DNA from: Thermoplasmata archaeon
GTDB lineage: Archaea > Thermoplasmatota > Thermoplasmata > RBG-16-68-12 > JAFNFQ01
DNA: 59,016 nucleotides
Direction of reading: 5' to 3'
Assembly (NCBI GenBank): GCA_041489255.1
Contig: JBGPQV010000019.1
Location: 1-59,016, forward strand
Below, one piece after another: positions 38,148 to 48,050 of this stretch (within the stretch, counting starts at the first letter, position 1; each line of letters opens with the position of its first letter). Made by a program: the position numbers and the translations under genes. The notes under the pieces are model-generated. The model was not told where the DNA came from. It searched no databases and saw only the letters and a list, made by a program, of their open reading frames with translations.

Positions 38148-40055
38148 ATGGATGGCGGGTCGTGGTTCGTCTCCTTCTGTTCCTTCGCATCCCGCCGCTT
38201 CCCCGCGCTCGTGAAGATTGGCTCGAAGCATCTGGAGAGGATACGCAAGAAGAAAGTAGAAAAGAAACCCGCCAACCCCCGAATCCCTGTGTTATCCTGG
38301 AAAGGCGGGAAGAAGGACTCGGGTTCGACGCAGGCAAGCAGGGTCGAGAAATCGCTCAGGTTCACGGGGACTTCGCTGATGGTCGAGGAAGTCCTCGCGG
38401 CTGCCTGGCTGGCGGGGATTCTCGCCTCCGTGGCGGTGGTCGCCGCAGTCGTCCTCGTCCTCGTTCTCGGTGGATTCGGCCCGATGCTCTATTTCCTGCC
38501 GTTCGCCTCGATTGCCCCGATCGCTGCATACTCCCTCATCATGAACTACCCGGAAGCCCGCGCGAGGAGGATGAGGATCAGGTCCCTCGGCTCTGCGCCC
38601 GAGGCGGTGACCTACATGGCGATGAGCCTCAAGCTATCCCCCTCCCTCAACAAGGCCATCGAGTTCGCCGCAGAGAACACGGAGGGGCCGCTCGCCGACC
38701 GGCTCAGGGGGGTCATGTGGGACGTCTACACGAGGAAGAAGGAGTCGATCGAGGAGTCGTTCATGGGCTTCGCGAACGACTGGGGCGAGTGGAACGATGA
38801 CCTGAAGCGCTCTCTCTACGGGCTGCTGAGCGCGGCGGGGGAAGGGACGCAGCAGGGACTCGACCGCGGCCTGGAGAGGGCGCAGGAGACGGTCAGGGCG
38901 GGAGCAAGGAGGAGGATGGAGGAGTTCACCGCCTCGCTCAAGATGCCCGCGACCGCGTTCTTCGCTCTGTGCGTTCTGCTTCCTTTGATCATCGGGACGA
39001 CCCTCCCCGTCCTCAGCCTGGGGGGAATGGGAATACAATCCGTTGAGACGCTGTCGCAGCCGCAGTCGGGCGGAGGCGGGCCACAGCTGGTGCTGCTTCT
39101 TGATGTCGTCTTTCCCGCCATCGCGTTCCTCTATTCGATCATGCTCCTGGGGAGGAGGCCCGGCACGACCGGAGCGCCTTGCATCCCGCCAGCCAAGAAC
39201 AGAGCGCGGAGGAAGTGGGCGGCGGTTTCCCTCATCGTTGCGGCGATTCCCTTTCTGTCTCTCCTCACCCCGGCCAGCGCCTACGCGCCGATCGCGGTCA
39301 TCTGGAGCTTCACGCTCGGCGTCTCGACCTACTTGGTCCTCAGCAGCGCGGACCGCCGCAGGAGGCAGAGGGAGTTGCGGCTCCTCGAGCAGCAGATGCC
39401 GGACGCCGTCTTCATCATCGGGAGCAAGCTGGGGGAGGGACTCTCGGTCGAACAGGCCTTGGGTAGGGCGAGCGAGTCGCTCAAGGGACTGGAGGTCGCT
39501 GCCTTCCTGGACCGCCTCCGCTTCTCGCTGCAGCTGCACAGGCGCGGCCTCGAGGAGACTCTGTTCGGGCGCGAGGGCCTGCTGAGGGAGCATCCTTCCC
39601 GCATGGTCAGGGTGTCGCTGAAGATGGTCGTCGACCTCTCCCGCAAGGATCCCTCGGCGGCGGGCAAGGCGCTCGTCGACTTCTCACATTACCTCAGGGA
39701 CCTGCAGGAGGTCGAGAGGGACATCAAAGCCAAGCTGGGCGAGATTGTCGATGCGATGAAATCCACGGCGAGCTTCTTCGCGCCGCTCGTGCTCGGCATA
39801 ACCTCGGCGTTGTACATGCTCCTCGAGAAGTCCTTCGGGAGCATCGCGCCCCTCCCTATCTCGTCTCTGTCGTTCATGGCGGCGCTCGGGCTCTACCTGG
39901 TCGTCATGGTGCCGATCATTGCGAACTTCAGCGTCGGCCTGGAGACGGGCGGAGACGGTGCCGAACTGGCGGGGTTCCTCGGGAAGGCGTGGCCGACTTC
40001 GCTGGGCCTGTTCACGCTGGCTGCGGCTTTCTCTGTCATCGGGCTGGGAATCTAG
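38148..40055 (+). CDS. TadC/GspF/FlaJ-like pilus assembly membrane platform protein
   Basis: Multiple TM helices and two T2SSF-like cytoplasmic halves (APEAVTYMAMSL...; MPDAVFIIGSKLGEGLSVEQAL). Directly follows the ATPase. Confidence 0.85.
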   Translation: MDGGSWFVSFCSFASRRFPALVKIGSKHLERIRKKKVEKKPANPRIPVLSWKGGKKDSGSTQASRVEKSLRFTGTSLMVEEVLAAAWLAGILASVAVVAAVVLVLVLGGFGPMLYFLPFASIAPIAAYSLIMNYPEARARRMRIRSLGSAPEAVTYMAMSLKLSPSLNKAIEFAAENTEGPLADRLRGVMWDVYTRKKESIEESFMGFANDWGEWNDDLKRSLYGLLSAAGEGTQQGLDRGLERAQETVRAGARRRMEEFTASLKMPATAFFALCVLLPLIIGTTLPVLSLGGMGIQSVETLSQPQSGGGGPQLVLLLDVVFPAIAFLYSIMLLGRRPGTTGAPCIPPAKNRARRKWAAVSLIVAAIPFLSLLTPASAYAPIAVIWSFTLGVSTYLVLSSADRRRRQRELRLLEQQMPDAVFIIGSKLGEGLSVEQALGRASESLKGLEVAAFLDRLRFSLQLHRRGLEETLFGREGLLREHPSRMVRVSLKMVVDLSRKDPSAAGKALVDFSHYLRDLQEVERDIKAKLGEIVDAMKSTASFFAPLVLGITSALYMLLEKSFGSIAPLPISSLSFMAALGLYLVVMVPIIANFSVGLETGGDGAELAGFLGKAWPTSLGLFTLAAAFSVIGLGI

Positions 40056-40097
40056 GCTGCCGTACATCGAAGCCAAATTCTAAATGCCTGCTCATTC

Positions 40098-40514
40098 ATG
40101 CCGGACTCCGTGGACGTGCCCGGGGAACTTGACGAGCTCAAGAGATTCCACGGCCACCTGGGGCCGTATGTCACCATAGGCTTCCGCATGGGGCAGATAG
40201 CGAGGAGGGAATTGGGAGATTACAGGGGCATGATGGCCATCGTCAGCTGTTCACTGGTGCCGCCGATGCGGTGCCTCGTTGACGGGGTCCAGATGGGGTC
40301 CAGCTGCACCTTCGGGAAGGCCAACATCAAGCTCAAGCCGGGGGCGAACCCCCGAGCGACCTTCGAGAAGGCGGGGAAGAGGCTCACCGTGACGCTCAAG
40401 ACAGGGCTCAGGCAGACCATCGACAAGGAGATGTCGAAGGCCGAGGAGGTCGACCAGAGCTTGCGCTACTATCGGATGGCAGAGGCCGACCTCTTCGACG
40501 TCTCGCTCGTCTAG
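40098..40514 (+). CDS. FmdE/FwdE family protein
   Basis: FHGHLGPYVTIGFRMG and CLVDGVQMGSSCTFGKAN. Confidence 0.88.
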   Translation: MPDSVDVPGELDELKRFHGHLGPYVTIGFRMGQIARRELGDYRGMMAIVSCSLVPPMRCLVDGVQMGSSCTFGKANIKLKPGANPRATFEKAGKRLTVTLKTGLRQTIDKEMSKAEEVDQSLRYYRMAEADLFDVSLV

Positions 40515-43500
40515 CCAGGGACGTTCCACGACGCGTCGTTGAGAGCAAGGATCCAGTAGCCGTTCCCCGCTCCCAGCTGGAATGTGTCGTAGTTGATCCT
40601 GTCGAGGTAGTACGGTGCTTCGAGCGCGTTGTACGCTTCGAACGCCATGACGTTGCCCGGCATCTGCGACTTCAGCTGCCCGAGGGTGTAAGGCATGAAG
40701 GACGGGAAGCCCACGAGGTTCCAGCCCGCCTTTATCTGGACGGTCATGCCCGTCGGCACCTTGCCGGCGACCTTCGCGTTTCCCGCGCTCGTCGTGTGCA
40801 CCCAGATGCCCATGCTCATTGCCGCGACCGAGAAGTCGTTGTACGTCCTGCCAGGCTTGTAGCTCTGCCAGTGGTCCGCCGAGTCCATCGGGTCGTACCA
40901 GCGAGCCGAGTCGTAGCTGACTCCGGCAAGCAAGGTCGTAAGGGTCATGTCGCCTGTGATAACAGGAATCGACAACAGGTTCATGCCGCTGATCAGAGCC
41001 TTGACTGCCTTCGCGCCTTGGTCGACCGTGCTCGCTGTGCCGCCGACGTTCTTGGCCTTCACGAAGTAGAAGTACGAGATGGCGTCCGCGCCCGCTCCCC
41101 CGTCGACGTAGAAGCCCTGTCCGACCGGTGAGGTGCCCAGCAAGGTGTAGGCCGCCCCCTTGTTCTTGTCGTAGCCGGTCGAGCTGCGCCAGACCTCGTA
41201 GTTGTCGAGGTTGGTCGGGTCGTCGGGCGAGAGTAGCCATGTGACCATCACGTTTGTCCTCCCGTTCACCAGAGCCGTGTCGGTTAGCACCGGCGGTCTC
41301 GGGGGCCTCGTCGGCGGGATGTCCTGCACGCAGAATGTCGATGTCTCGAACGCGCCCCAGTGGCCCGCGACGTCCAGGGAGTGGATGTAGAGGTCGTGGC
41401 AGTTCTTCGACAGGAAGTCGAGCCTGCCGGACCACGTGACAGGTTCCACGGGAGATGTCGGTGGACTGGTGAGGTTCATCCCCCAGCCCATTCCGTCCGC
41501 TCCAGTTGCGTCGAAGAAGAACTCGGCCGGCCTTGTCGGGTCGATGTTGCTGTTGCCGGTGGTCGTGTCATCGGCCGTGGCGTTGATATACACAGTGACC
41601 GGGCCCATCACCGGGTTCGGGTGGATCGTGCCGCTGCCCGCCCAGAGCGTCGGTCCGGCGCAGTCGCCGCCGGGCCTTGTGACCGTGAACGTGCCGTCGC
41701 TGTCATCGGAAGCGTTGAAGTTCGGGTTCCCGTCGTCCTGCACCTCTATGCGGACAAGGAAGGTGTCGCCATTGCAGACGCTGGCTGAGAGGTACCACGG
41801 GTGCGACGTGTTCACCGCAGGTATGTCATACGCTATCGGGAACCAGCTCTGGCCGTTGTCGAACGAGTAGTACGCGGCCTGGCTCAGTATATTGGAACCG
41901 GAGGTGGACGCGGACCAGGTGATCGTGACCCAGTCGCCGATGTAGGTCTCGCCGCCGTTGGGCACCGCCACTTGCACGTCCGGGTGGTCCCTCCCCAGGA
42001 GCCAGACAATCGTCAGGTCGAGGATGTCTGTCCTCGTGACGCTGTATGTCACTCCCGCGTTGTAGTCGACGTCTATCCAGTTGAAGTAGAAGCCGACCAT
42101 CTTCGACGGGGTTCCTCCCCAGAGGCCGATGCCCAGAGAGCCGTTGTTGGCGCTCGAGACCCACCTCACCGATATCTTGTCGGGCGTGGAGTCGCCGCCG
42201 ACATCGGACCACACATAGGTCGTCAATCCGCCAGCCGGCAGCGAGGTCACTTCATCCGCCGAGCCGCCGCTCCTGAACGGGACGTATGGTATCGGGCCAG
42301 CGGAGTAGGCGTCGCTGATCGGGTCGCCCGACTCGCCGAGTATCCCCGTTATGGTCAGCGGGTCTCCCGCGTTCGGGTTCCCGCTGCTGAACGAGGCCTT
42401 CAGGAGGGCCTTCACCTGAGAGCACTTCACGGGATCGACCCAGCTGGAGGTCACCCCGCAATACGCCCAGAACGTGTCGTGGTGGACGTAGAGGAGCCTG
42501 CCGCCGAAGTTGAGGTAGTTGGTCAGCAGGAGGAGCTCGAAGTCGTTGTGCGGCGGGTACTGCTCCATGCCGACCTGCCAGATCACCGCCTTGTACGACT
42601 GCATGAGGCCGAGCGACGGGTCGCCGCTGTAGGCGACGTGCCACTCGTTGTAGGACCATCCCCGTGCCGCGAGAGACTGCCTGTACGCCTGCACGCCCTC
42701 GGGGCGTTTCTGCTCGAACGTCTCGTCGCCGAGAACGAGCAGTATCTCGCCCTTCGCGGTCGTCTTGAAGGCGTAGTGCTGCCCGCCGTTGTCGTCGGTG
42801 GTGTTGTGCCCCCTCGCGTCCGTGCTCTGCACGTCGAAGAAGTAGAGCGTGGCGGTCTGGAGGTTGACTAGAATGATCGAATGGCTGATCATCAGCTCCG
42901 AGGTTGACTTCACGTTCGCAATCGGCAGCACCGCACCGTAGATGATCGTGGAGTCTGCCGGGATGTTTGTCTTCCATGTGATCGTCGCGGTGGAGCTCGT
43001 GATGCCGGTGACCCTGACGTCGTATATCATCGGCTTCAGGGCATCTATGGTGGCGTGTGCGAAGGAGTCGTGCGGCGGGTTCGGGTCGGTGTACTGCGCC
43101 CAGATCGTGTCCCTGTCGCTGACCTCGAGGATTCCGTCGGGCAGCGGTGTCCCGAAGGAGGTCTGTATCGAGCCGGCGAAGACGCCTGTCCCCGCTCCGG
43201 TCTCGGTCAGGGTTATGTCCTCGGGCCAGGGCTCGGTCGTGCTCGTCATGCTTGCCGTCAGGGGCCCGGTAGCGCCCAGGTCGACGACCCGGACGTTGAC
43301 CGTGTCGCTCTCCTTGTAGCTGTGGCGGTCGAGCATCACACGGCCGTAGCCTATGTCGAGCCCGCCAACCACCGCGATCGAGTACGGCTGGGGTCCCGCC
43401 GGCACGTCGTTCGCCAGGACCCTGAGGGTCCAGACGCCCGTGCCCGGGTTGTTGACGATTACCCCTTCGATGTTGTTGACGTGATCGTAAGAGCCGAAGT

Positions 43501-45739
43501 TCGGCCTTGAGGCGCCGGTCGCGAAGGTGCCCCAGACGTTCCCCTTGTAGACGTCGCTGTTGGGGGCGGTCACGGTGATGTCGAGGTCGTTGACGAGCGC
43601 CCTCCCGACACCGACCGAACCGGGGAAGTCAGTCCAGCTGACGATGAACCTGAGGTTCTGGGTGGCGTTGTTCACGAGGTAGGTGTATTCCTCCCATTGC
43701 CCCGTCTTGAGGCCGGACGTGTCGTCCACGACGCTCAGGTACCTCGGGTCGCCCTGGAAGTACAGCGAGTCGTCGAGGAGGGGCCTGCCCCATCCCTGCG
43801 CGTCGTTGGGCCACCTGTCCTCCGAGCCCGGCCTGCTCCTCGCACCGGTCATCTTGACCGCGCTGGCGACCATTGTCGCCGTCAGGAGCGAGGCCTGCGG
43901 GTTGAAGCCGTTCAGTGCGGTCTTGGTGCCCGTCGGGTACCAGCCGTCCGTGAAGTACTGGCGGACCAGGGCCGCATGCCCTGCCGCGTCAGGTGCGGCG
44001 TAGCTCGTTCCTCCGAACGACGCCCACTCCATGTCCCTGTTGGCGTTGGACCATGGGCTCGCGTCCGAGGCGGAGGTCGCGCCCTCGCTCACCCATGAGA
44101 GCGTGGGCTTCGTCCGCCCGTCTGCGGTCGGACCCCATGAGCTGTAGGTTGTCATGCCGTTCTCGCTCGGGTAGGTGAAGGTTCCACCGGCCGAGAGGAC
44201 GTTCTTCGCTGACGCCTGTTCCTGGACGCGCTGGAGTACACCGCCGTCGTTCCCCTCGGCGAAAACGACCAGCATGTCCGGGTGCTTCCACATGAATTCA
44301 TCGATCTGCATCGAGCTGAGTCCGTACGTTGCCGTGCCGCCGCCCCAGCTGTTGGAGTGGATCCTCGCGCCGGCACCGTACGCCGGTCCGAACAGGAGGT
44401 TCAGGTCGTCGGGGATGTAGGACAGGAGGTCGTCGTCGCCGCCGGCGCAGTTCACCGACGGTCCGACCGTGCCTATGTCCTGGAAGAAGTGCTGCGCCGC
44501 CTTCGCCATGCCGTCGTTGTTGCTGGCGCCTATCCCGTCGTCGCTGCCGTCGAGGATGCCGGCGGTCGCCGTGCCGTGACCTGAGGTGCACGGCCCCGTG
44601 CCGATGGCGCTGTCCTTCAGCGCCCATTCCTCGGTCCACTGGTCGATGTTGGTGTAGTTGGCCATCGGGTAGTACCTGATGACCTTGCGGCGGTTCAGGT
44701 CAGTCACGTTGTAGATGTCGCCTATCGTGATCTCCGTGTTGGAGTTGCGGAACATGTTGTGGTCGTAGTCCAGACCAGTGTCCGCGGACGCGACTATCTG
44801 CCCCTCGCCCATGATGCCCATGTCCCAGATCTTCCTGGCCCCCGGTATGAGGCTGGGGTCGAGATCGGTCTGGTGCACCGCCTGGGCGTAGAAGTTGTCC
44901 ACCGTCGGTTCAGAGTAAGGTTCGATGAATTCGACGCTGCTCATCCTGGCTATGACGGGGATCAGGGAGGCGTCGATCCTCGCCCTGATGTCGCCGAAGC
45001 TTTCGGCCTGGTAGTAGCTCACCACGCCGGCGTCGTTCCAGCCGAAGGTGGCCTTGCCGTAGCCCTGCTGGTTGATGAACGCCAGGACGGAGTTGACGGA
45101 AGCGCCTGGGAGCGTGACTATCTCCACGTAGGTGAGGCCCTGAGAGCCGTAGAGCGCGGGGTCGATCCTGTAGACCGGCTGGTATATCCCGGTCCAGGTG
45201 ACGGTCCTGAGGGCGTCGATGGATGCCCTGATTTCAGGCGTCATCCTCACCAGGAATGCGTCGTTGGGGATGTACCTCAGGATCTCGGCGCCGAGGGACT
45301 CTATCTGCCACTTCCACTCCTCCTTCACGGGTCCAATGAACTGAACGAGGTAGGAGCCCAAGGTCCCCGCCGGGTATGCCTGGATCTCCAGTGACGCGGG
45401 GATGGCCGGCTCGCCGTCCCTCGTGTCGAAGGTGGTCGACGCCAGGTCGATGCTGAAGAGGTCCGAGGCCTCCTCGAAGCTGAGGGCGTTGTTCTTGAGG
45501 GTCAGCATCTGGCTCGGGTTGACCCTCGCCAGCACGTACCCATCGTAGGTCTCAACTATCTCGACGCCGTAGGACGTGAGACGCTGAGCGTCGGTCCCGG
45601 GCGTGTAGATGCGCACATATGTCGCTTCGTCGGTCTGCGGTCCCTGCTCCGATGCCTTGATCATCGAGATCGAGGTCGGGACAAAGAAGACCGCTGCCAA
45701 TGCTATTGCCAACACTTTCACTAATCTGGCATATTTCAA
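40511..45739 (-). CDS. Secreted multidomain S8 (subtilisin-like, KP-43-type) serine protease with twin-repeat C-terminal domain
   Basis: TTG 45739 after GGAGGAGG, then a signal peptide. Catalytic triad SADTG / GHGT / GGTSYAAP, IHSNSWG, DGRTKP. FN3/PAP-like and GATase-like domains. The C-terminus has GMNLLSIP...MGIWV and GWNLVGFP...GNGYWI. Confidence 0.93.
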   Translation of the reverse strand: MKYARLVKVLAIALAAVFFVPTSISMIKASEQGPQTDEATYVRIYTPGTDAQRLTSYGVEIVETYDGYVLARVNPSQMLTLKNNALSFEEASDLFSIDLASTTFDTRDGEPAIPASLEIQAYPAGTLGSYLVQFIGPVKEEWKWQIESLGAEILRYIPNDAFLVRMTPEIRASIDALRTVTWTGIYQPVYRIDPALYGSQGLTYVEIVTLPGASVNSVLAFINQQGYGKATFGWNDAGVVSYYQAESFGDIRARIDASLIPVIARMSSVEFIEPYSEPTVDNFYAQAVHQTDLDPSLIPGARKIWDMGIMGEGQIVASADTGLDYDHNMFRNSNTEITIGDIYNVTDLNRRKVIRYYPMANYTNIDQWTEEWALKDSAIGTGPCTSGHGTATAGILDGSDDGIGASNNDGMAKAAQHFFQDIGTVGPSVNCAGGDDDLLSYIPDDLNLLFGPAYGAGARIHSNSWGGGTATYGLSSMQIDEFMWKHPDMLVVFAEGNDGGVLQRVQEQASAKNVLSAGGTFTYPSENGMTTYSSWGPTADGRTKPTLSWVSEGATSASDASPWSNANRDMEWASFGGTSYAAPDAAGHAALVRQYFTDGWYPTGTKTALNGFNPQASLLTATMVASAVKMTGARSRPGSEDRWPNDAQGWGRPLLDDSLYFQGDPRYLSVVDDTSGLKTGQWEEYTYLVNNATQNLRFIVSWTDFPGSVGVGRALVNDLDITVTAPNSDVYKGNVWGTFATGASRPNFGSYDHVNNIEGVIVNNPGTGVWTLRVLANDVPAGPQPYSIAVVGGLDIGYGRVMLDRHSYKESDTVNVRVVDLGATGPLTASMTSTTEPWPEDITLTETGAGTGVFAGSIQTSFGTPLPDGILEVSDRDTIWAQYTDPNPPHDSFAHATIDALKPMIYDVRVTGITSSTATITWKTNIPADSTIIYGAVLPIANVKSTSELMISHSIILVNLQTATLYFFDVQSTDARGHNTTDDNGGQHYAFKTTAKGEILLVLGDETFEQKRPEGVQAYRQSLAARGWSYNEWHVAYSGDPSLGLMQSYKAVIWQVGMEQYPPHNDFELLLLTNYLNFGGRLLYVHHDTFWAYCGVTSSWVDPVKCSQVKALLKASFSSGNPNAGDPLTITGILGESGDPISDAYSAGPIPYVPFRSGGSADEVTSLPAGGLTTYVWSDVGGDSTPDKISVRWVSSANNGSLGIGLWGGTPSKMVGFYFNWIDVDYNAGVTYSVTRTDILDLTIVWLLGRDHPDVQVAVPNGGETYIGDWVTITWSASTSGSNILSQAAYYSFDNGQSWFPIAYDIPAVNTSHPWYLSASVCNGDTFLVRIEVQDDGNPNFNASDDSDGTFTVTRPGGDCAGPTLWAGSGTIHPNPVMGPVTVYINATADDTTTGNSNIDPTRPAEFFFDATGADGMGWGMNLTSPPTSPVEPVTWSGRLDFLSKNCHDLYIHSLDVAGHWGAFETSTFCVQDIPPTRPPRPPVLTDTALVNGRTNVMVTWLLSPDDPTNLDNYEVWRSSTGYDKNKGAAYTLLGTSPVGQGFYVDGGAGADAISYFYFVKAKNVGGTASTVDQGAKAVKALISGMNLLSIPVITGDMTLTTLLAGVSYDSARWYDPMDSADHWQSYKPGRTYNDFSVAAMSMGIWVHTTSAGNAKVAGKVPTGMTVQIKAGWNLVGFPSFMPYTLGQLKSQMPGNVMAFEAYNALEAPYYLDRINYDTFQLGAGNGYWILALNDASWNVPG

Positions 45740-45901
45740 ATGACCAGTCCTCCTCCATTCAAAGGAAGTCTTTGCGCGCGATGCTGCCCACACCACTGCG
45801 CGAATGCCAAGTATGATGCGTGACATATATAGCTTTTGTTAGGTCGCGGGGTGCAGTCCGTATGGTGTGGGAGAGGTCTCTCGACACCGCCGTGCGGCGC
45901 T

Positions 45902-46738
45902 TCACTCGGCGATTACCCTGGCCACTTGGAACGCGCCGTCCTGGAACATCAGCAGGAAGTAGTTCGGGCTGTGCGCGGCTCCCCTCATCTTGACGCACCT
46001 GATGCGCCTCTGGATGTTCGCGTCGTCGACGCACTCCATCTTCACGTGGATTATGCCGTCGGCTATGAACTCCTCGCCGTGCTTCCCGTACTGCGTATCG
46101 CCCGAGCCCATCTCGGAGATGACGAAGATAGTGGAGTTCAAATCCTTGAGCCACTCGAACAGCTGGAATATGTCCTCCCTGGGCGACTGGAACCTCGCCA
46201 TGACCTCGAGCACGGGGAGCGAGTCGATCGCCAGGAGCTCGCAGCCCGTCGCGCTCTTCATGTTCTGCGCGTACATCTTGAAGATGTCCAGCCAGGTCCT
46301 GTTCGCCATGCCCTCGAGGTTCTTCCTGATCACGCTCAGGTCGACTATGCTCAGCTTGTCCTCGACGTCCCTGGGGTCCATGCCCATGCCCCTCAGGTGC
46401 CTGACCAGGTTGTCCCTGCCCTGCTCCAGGGAGATGAAGATGCCCGACCTGTTCTCCTTCATCGCGTTCTGGTACATGATGTAGAAGATCGCCGTGGACT
46501 TCAGGGTGCCCGGCTCTCCAGCGACGAGGACGACCGAGCCCTTCGGGATGCCGCCGCCTAGCTTGTCGTCGAAGCCCTGGATGTAGGTCTTGATCCTGTT
46601 CTCCGGCGCCGCGATGAGCTCCTTGATTTGCTCTTGCTGCTTCTTCTCCGGTACTGTCTTCTCCGGTGCCTTCTTCTCGGGGGCTTTCTTGTCCGTCGAC
46701 TCCTTGAACAGTGTCTGGAGCTTGTCAGCGCCGCGCAT
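45902..46738 (-). CDS. Single-domain KaiC/RAD55-like RecA-superfamily ATPase
   Basis: GFDDKLGGGIPKGSVVLVAGEPGTLKS, LAIDS, ADGII, KMRG. N-terminal KKAPE repeats. ATG 46738 preferred. Confidence 0.9.
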   Translation of the reverse strand: MRGADKLQTLFKESTDKKAPEKKAPEKTVPEKKQQEQIKELIAAPENRIKTYIQGFDDKLGGGIPKGSVVLVAGEPGTLKSTAIFYIMYQNAMKENRSGIFISLEQGRDNLVRHLRGMGMDPRDVEDKLSIVDLSVIRKNLEGMANRTWLDIFKMYAQNMKSATGCELLAIDSLPVLEVMARFQSPREDIFQLFEWLKDLNSTIFVISEMGSGDTQYGKHGEEFIADGIIHVKMECVDDANIQRRIRCVKMRGAAHSPNYFLLMFQDGAFQVARVIAE

Positions 46739-46955
46739 CCGTTTCGAATCCCTTGGCGGCCGATATAATGCTTGTCGGCCAATTATCATCGAGCGAACCC
46801 GCAGGAGTGTGAAAAAAATAAAAGGGGGAGCTAATCGTGATTGCGGGGAGAGAACCCAGGGGGGGCATATTCGTTTCTGAACCGGCTCTGTGAGCATCTG
46901 TTCGCGTGGAAACGTTTATTTGTTATCAGCTCTGTTACCATGCGCGGGTGGGGAA

Positions 46956-47549
46956 TTGTTCGTCCCTGAGAAGAACCTCAAGGATCTGGTCATCTCGTAT
47001 GTGAAGTCAGAGGAGAGGTCCATCAGCGCCCTGACGCGGCAGCTGAACAAGGACGGCTACAAGTTCCACAGGCTCTTCATCACGGGGTACCTGAAGGCGC
47101 TGACCGACATGGGCCTCCTCAGGGAGAGGGACATCCCGCCGTCGAAGATCTACACGACCTCGGCCTACAGGGGGCAGAACCTGTACGAGGCTGTCGGCGA
47201 GCAGTGCAGGGCGCTCGAGTCGGACGAGAGGAGGCAGGCGCGCCTGGCGATCGCCGTCCTCCAGAGGCTCTTCAGGAGGCCCGTGTTCTTGAGGGAGATC
47301 AAGGAGTGCGGCTTCGGGACGCAGATAGACGCGCCGCAGGCGTCGAAGGAGGAGCGTGAGGAGGCCAGGAAGATGCTCCTCAAGATAGGCATCCAGCTGC
47401 CGACGAACGAGCCTGCGTACTATCTCAAGGAGAGGAAGGACCAGAGCAAGGAGGCGGTGCTGGCGAGCGTGGTGCTGCAGAAGTTCGAGGCGACGGGGCT
47501 CGTCCTGGCGACGAGGCAGGTCAGCCTGGAGGAGAAGAAGAGGTACTAG
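46956..47549 (+). CDS. Hypothetical protein with N-terminal winged-helix-like segment
   Basis: Host-like codon usage. SISALTRQL...HRLFITGYLKALTDMGLL. TTG 46956 lies downstream of BRE/TATA gaaacgTTTATT. The ORF is open from 46890. Confidence 0.75.
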   Translation: MFVPEKNLKDLVISYVKSEERSISALTRQLNKDGYKFHRLFITGYLKALTDMGLLRERDIPPSKIYTTSAYRGQNLYEAVGEQCRALESDERRQARLAIAVLQRLFRRPVFLREIKECGFGTQIDAPQASKEEREEARKMLLKIGIQLPTNEPAYYLKERKDQSKEAVLASVVLQKFEATGLVLATRQVSLEEKKRY

Positions 47550-47715
47550 GCCGCCGGGATGGACGCTCAGCTCCTCCCGAGGCTACCCAAGGGCCTTGAC
47601 GCAGTTGAAGGCGGGATCAAGCCTGTGTGCTCGATCGCCAAGGAATAGGTCATCACTCCTCATTGGGCCAGGGGACTGTGGAGGAGGTCGGGACACGGTA
47701 GTGGGGTCCCCGTGT

Positions 47716-48050
47716 TCAAGGAAGCAGGCCGGTCGAGTATACCAGCGGCTCGGTCCTTCTCCCCCTGCGCACAGCCCGCACGTACCTGGTTTGGAAGAGG
47801 TAGATGCCCGGATGACCCTCCCTGGCGGCAATCTGATTGAAGAATGCCTTCTCGTCTTCCGTGAGGTCGTACCATGCCTTCCTTGCCCTGGCGACCAATC
47901 TTGGCGTCTTGGTCTGCCCCCATGCCCGGCGCTTGCCCGGGACAGCGAACGTCCTGATGAAGGGCCGCTCCCGCCGAACGGTCACGGCGTAAATCTCACG
48001 TGTCTCGCCGGAAGACTTGATCCCCGGGGCATCGCAACCCTGGCATCCAT
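47716..48050 (-). pseudogene. Frameshifted, truncated third copy of the DUF6266-like gene
   Basis: ATG GAT GCC AGG GTT GC^GAT GCC CCG GGG ATC AAG TCT TCC GGC aligns with MAKISNIFGTTFSG after a 1-nt loss. It continues PFIR...KAWYDLTEDEKAFFNQIA...GIYLF. The C-terminal domain is absent. Confidence 0.65.

Noticed and set aside
40098-40514. Evidence for methanogenesis from FmdE
   Set aside because: Stand-alone FmdE-family proteins are widespread in non-methanogens, and no other fmd/fwd genes are present here.
45902-46738. Circadian KaiC or RadA/RadB
   Set aside because: It is a single RecA-type domain without KaiA/KaiB neighbours or the RadA N-terminal HhH domain, which fits the generic archaeal KaiC-like/RAD55 family.
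46735-46770. tRNA (TTCGAATCC T-loop-like sequence)
   Set aside because: No cloverleaf can be built around it, and it overlaps the start of the ATPase gene.
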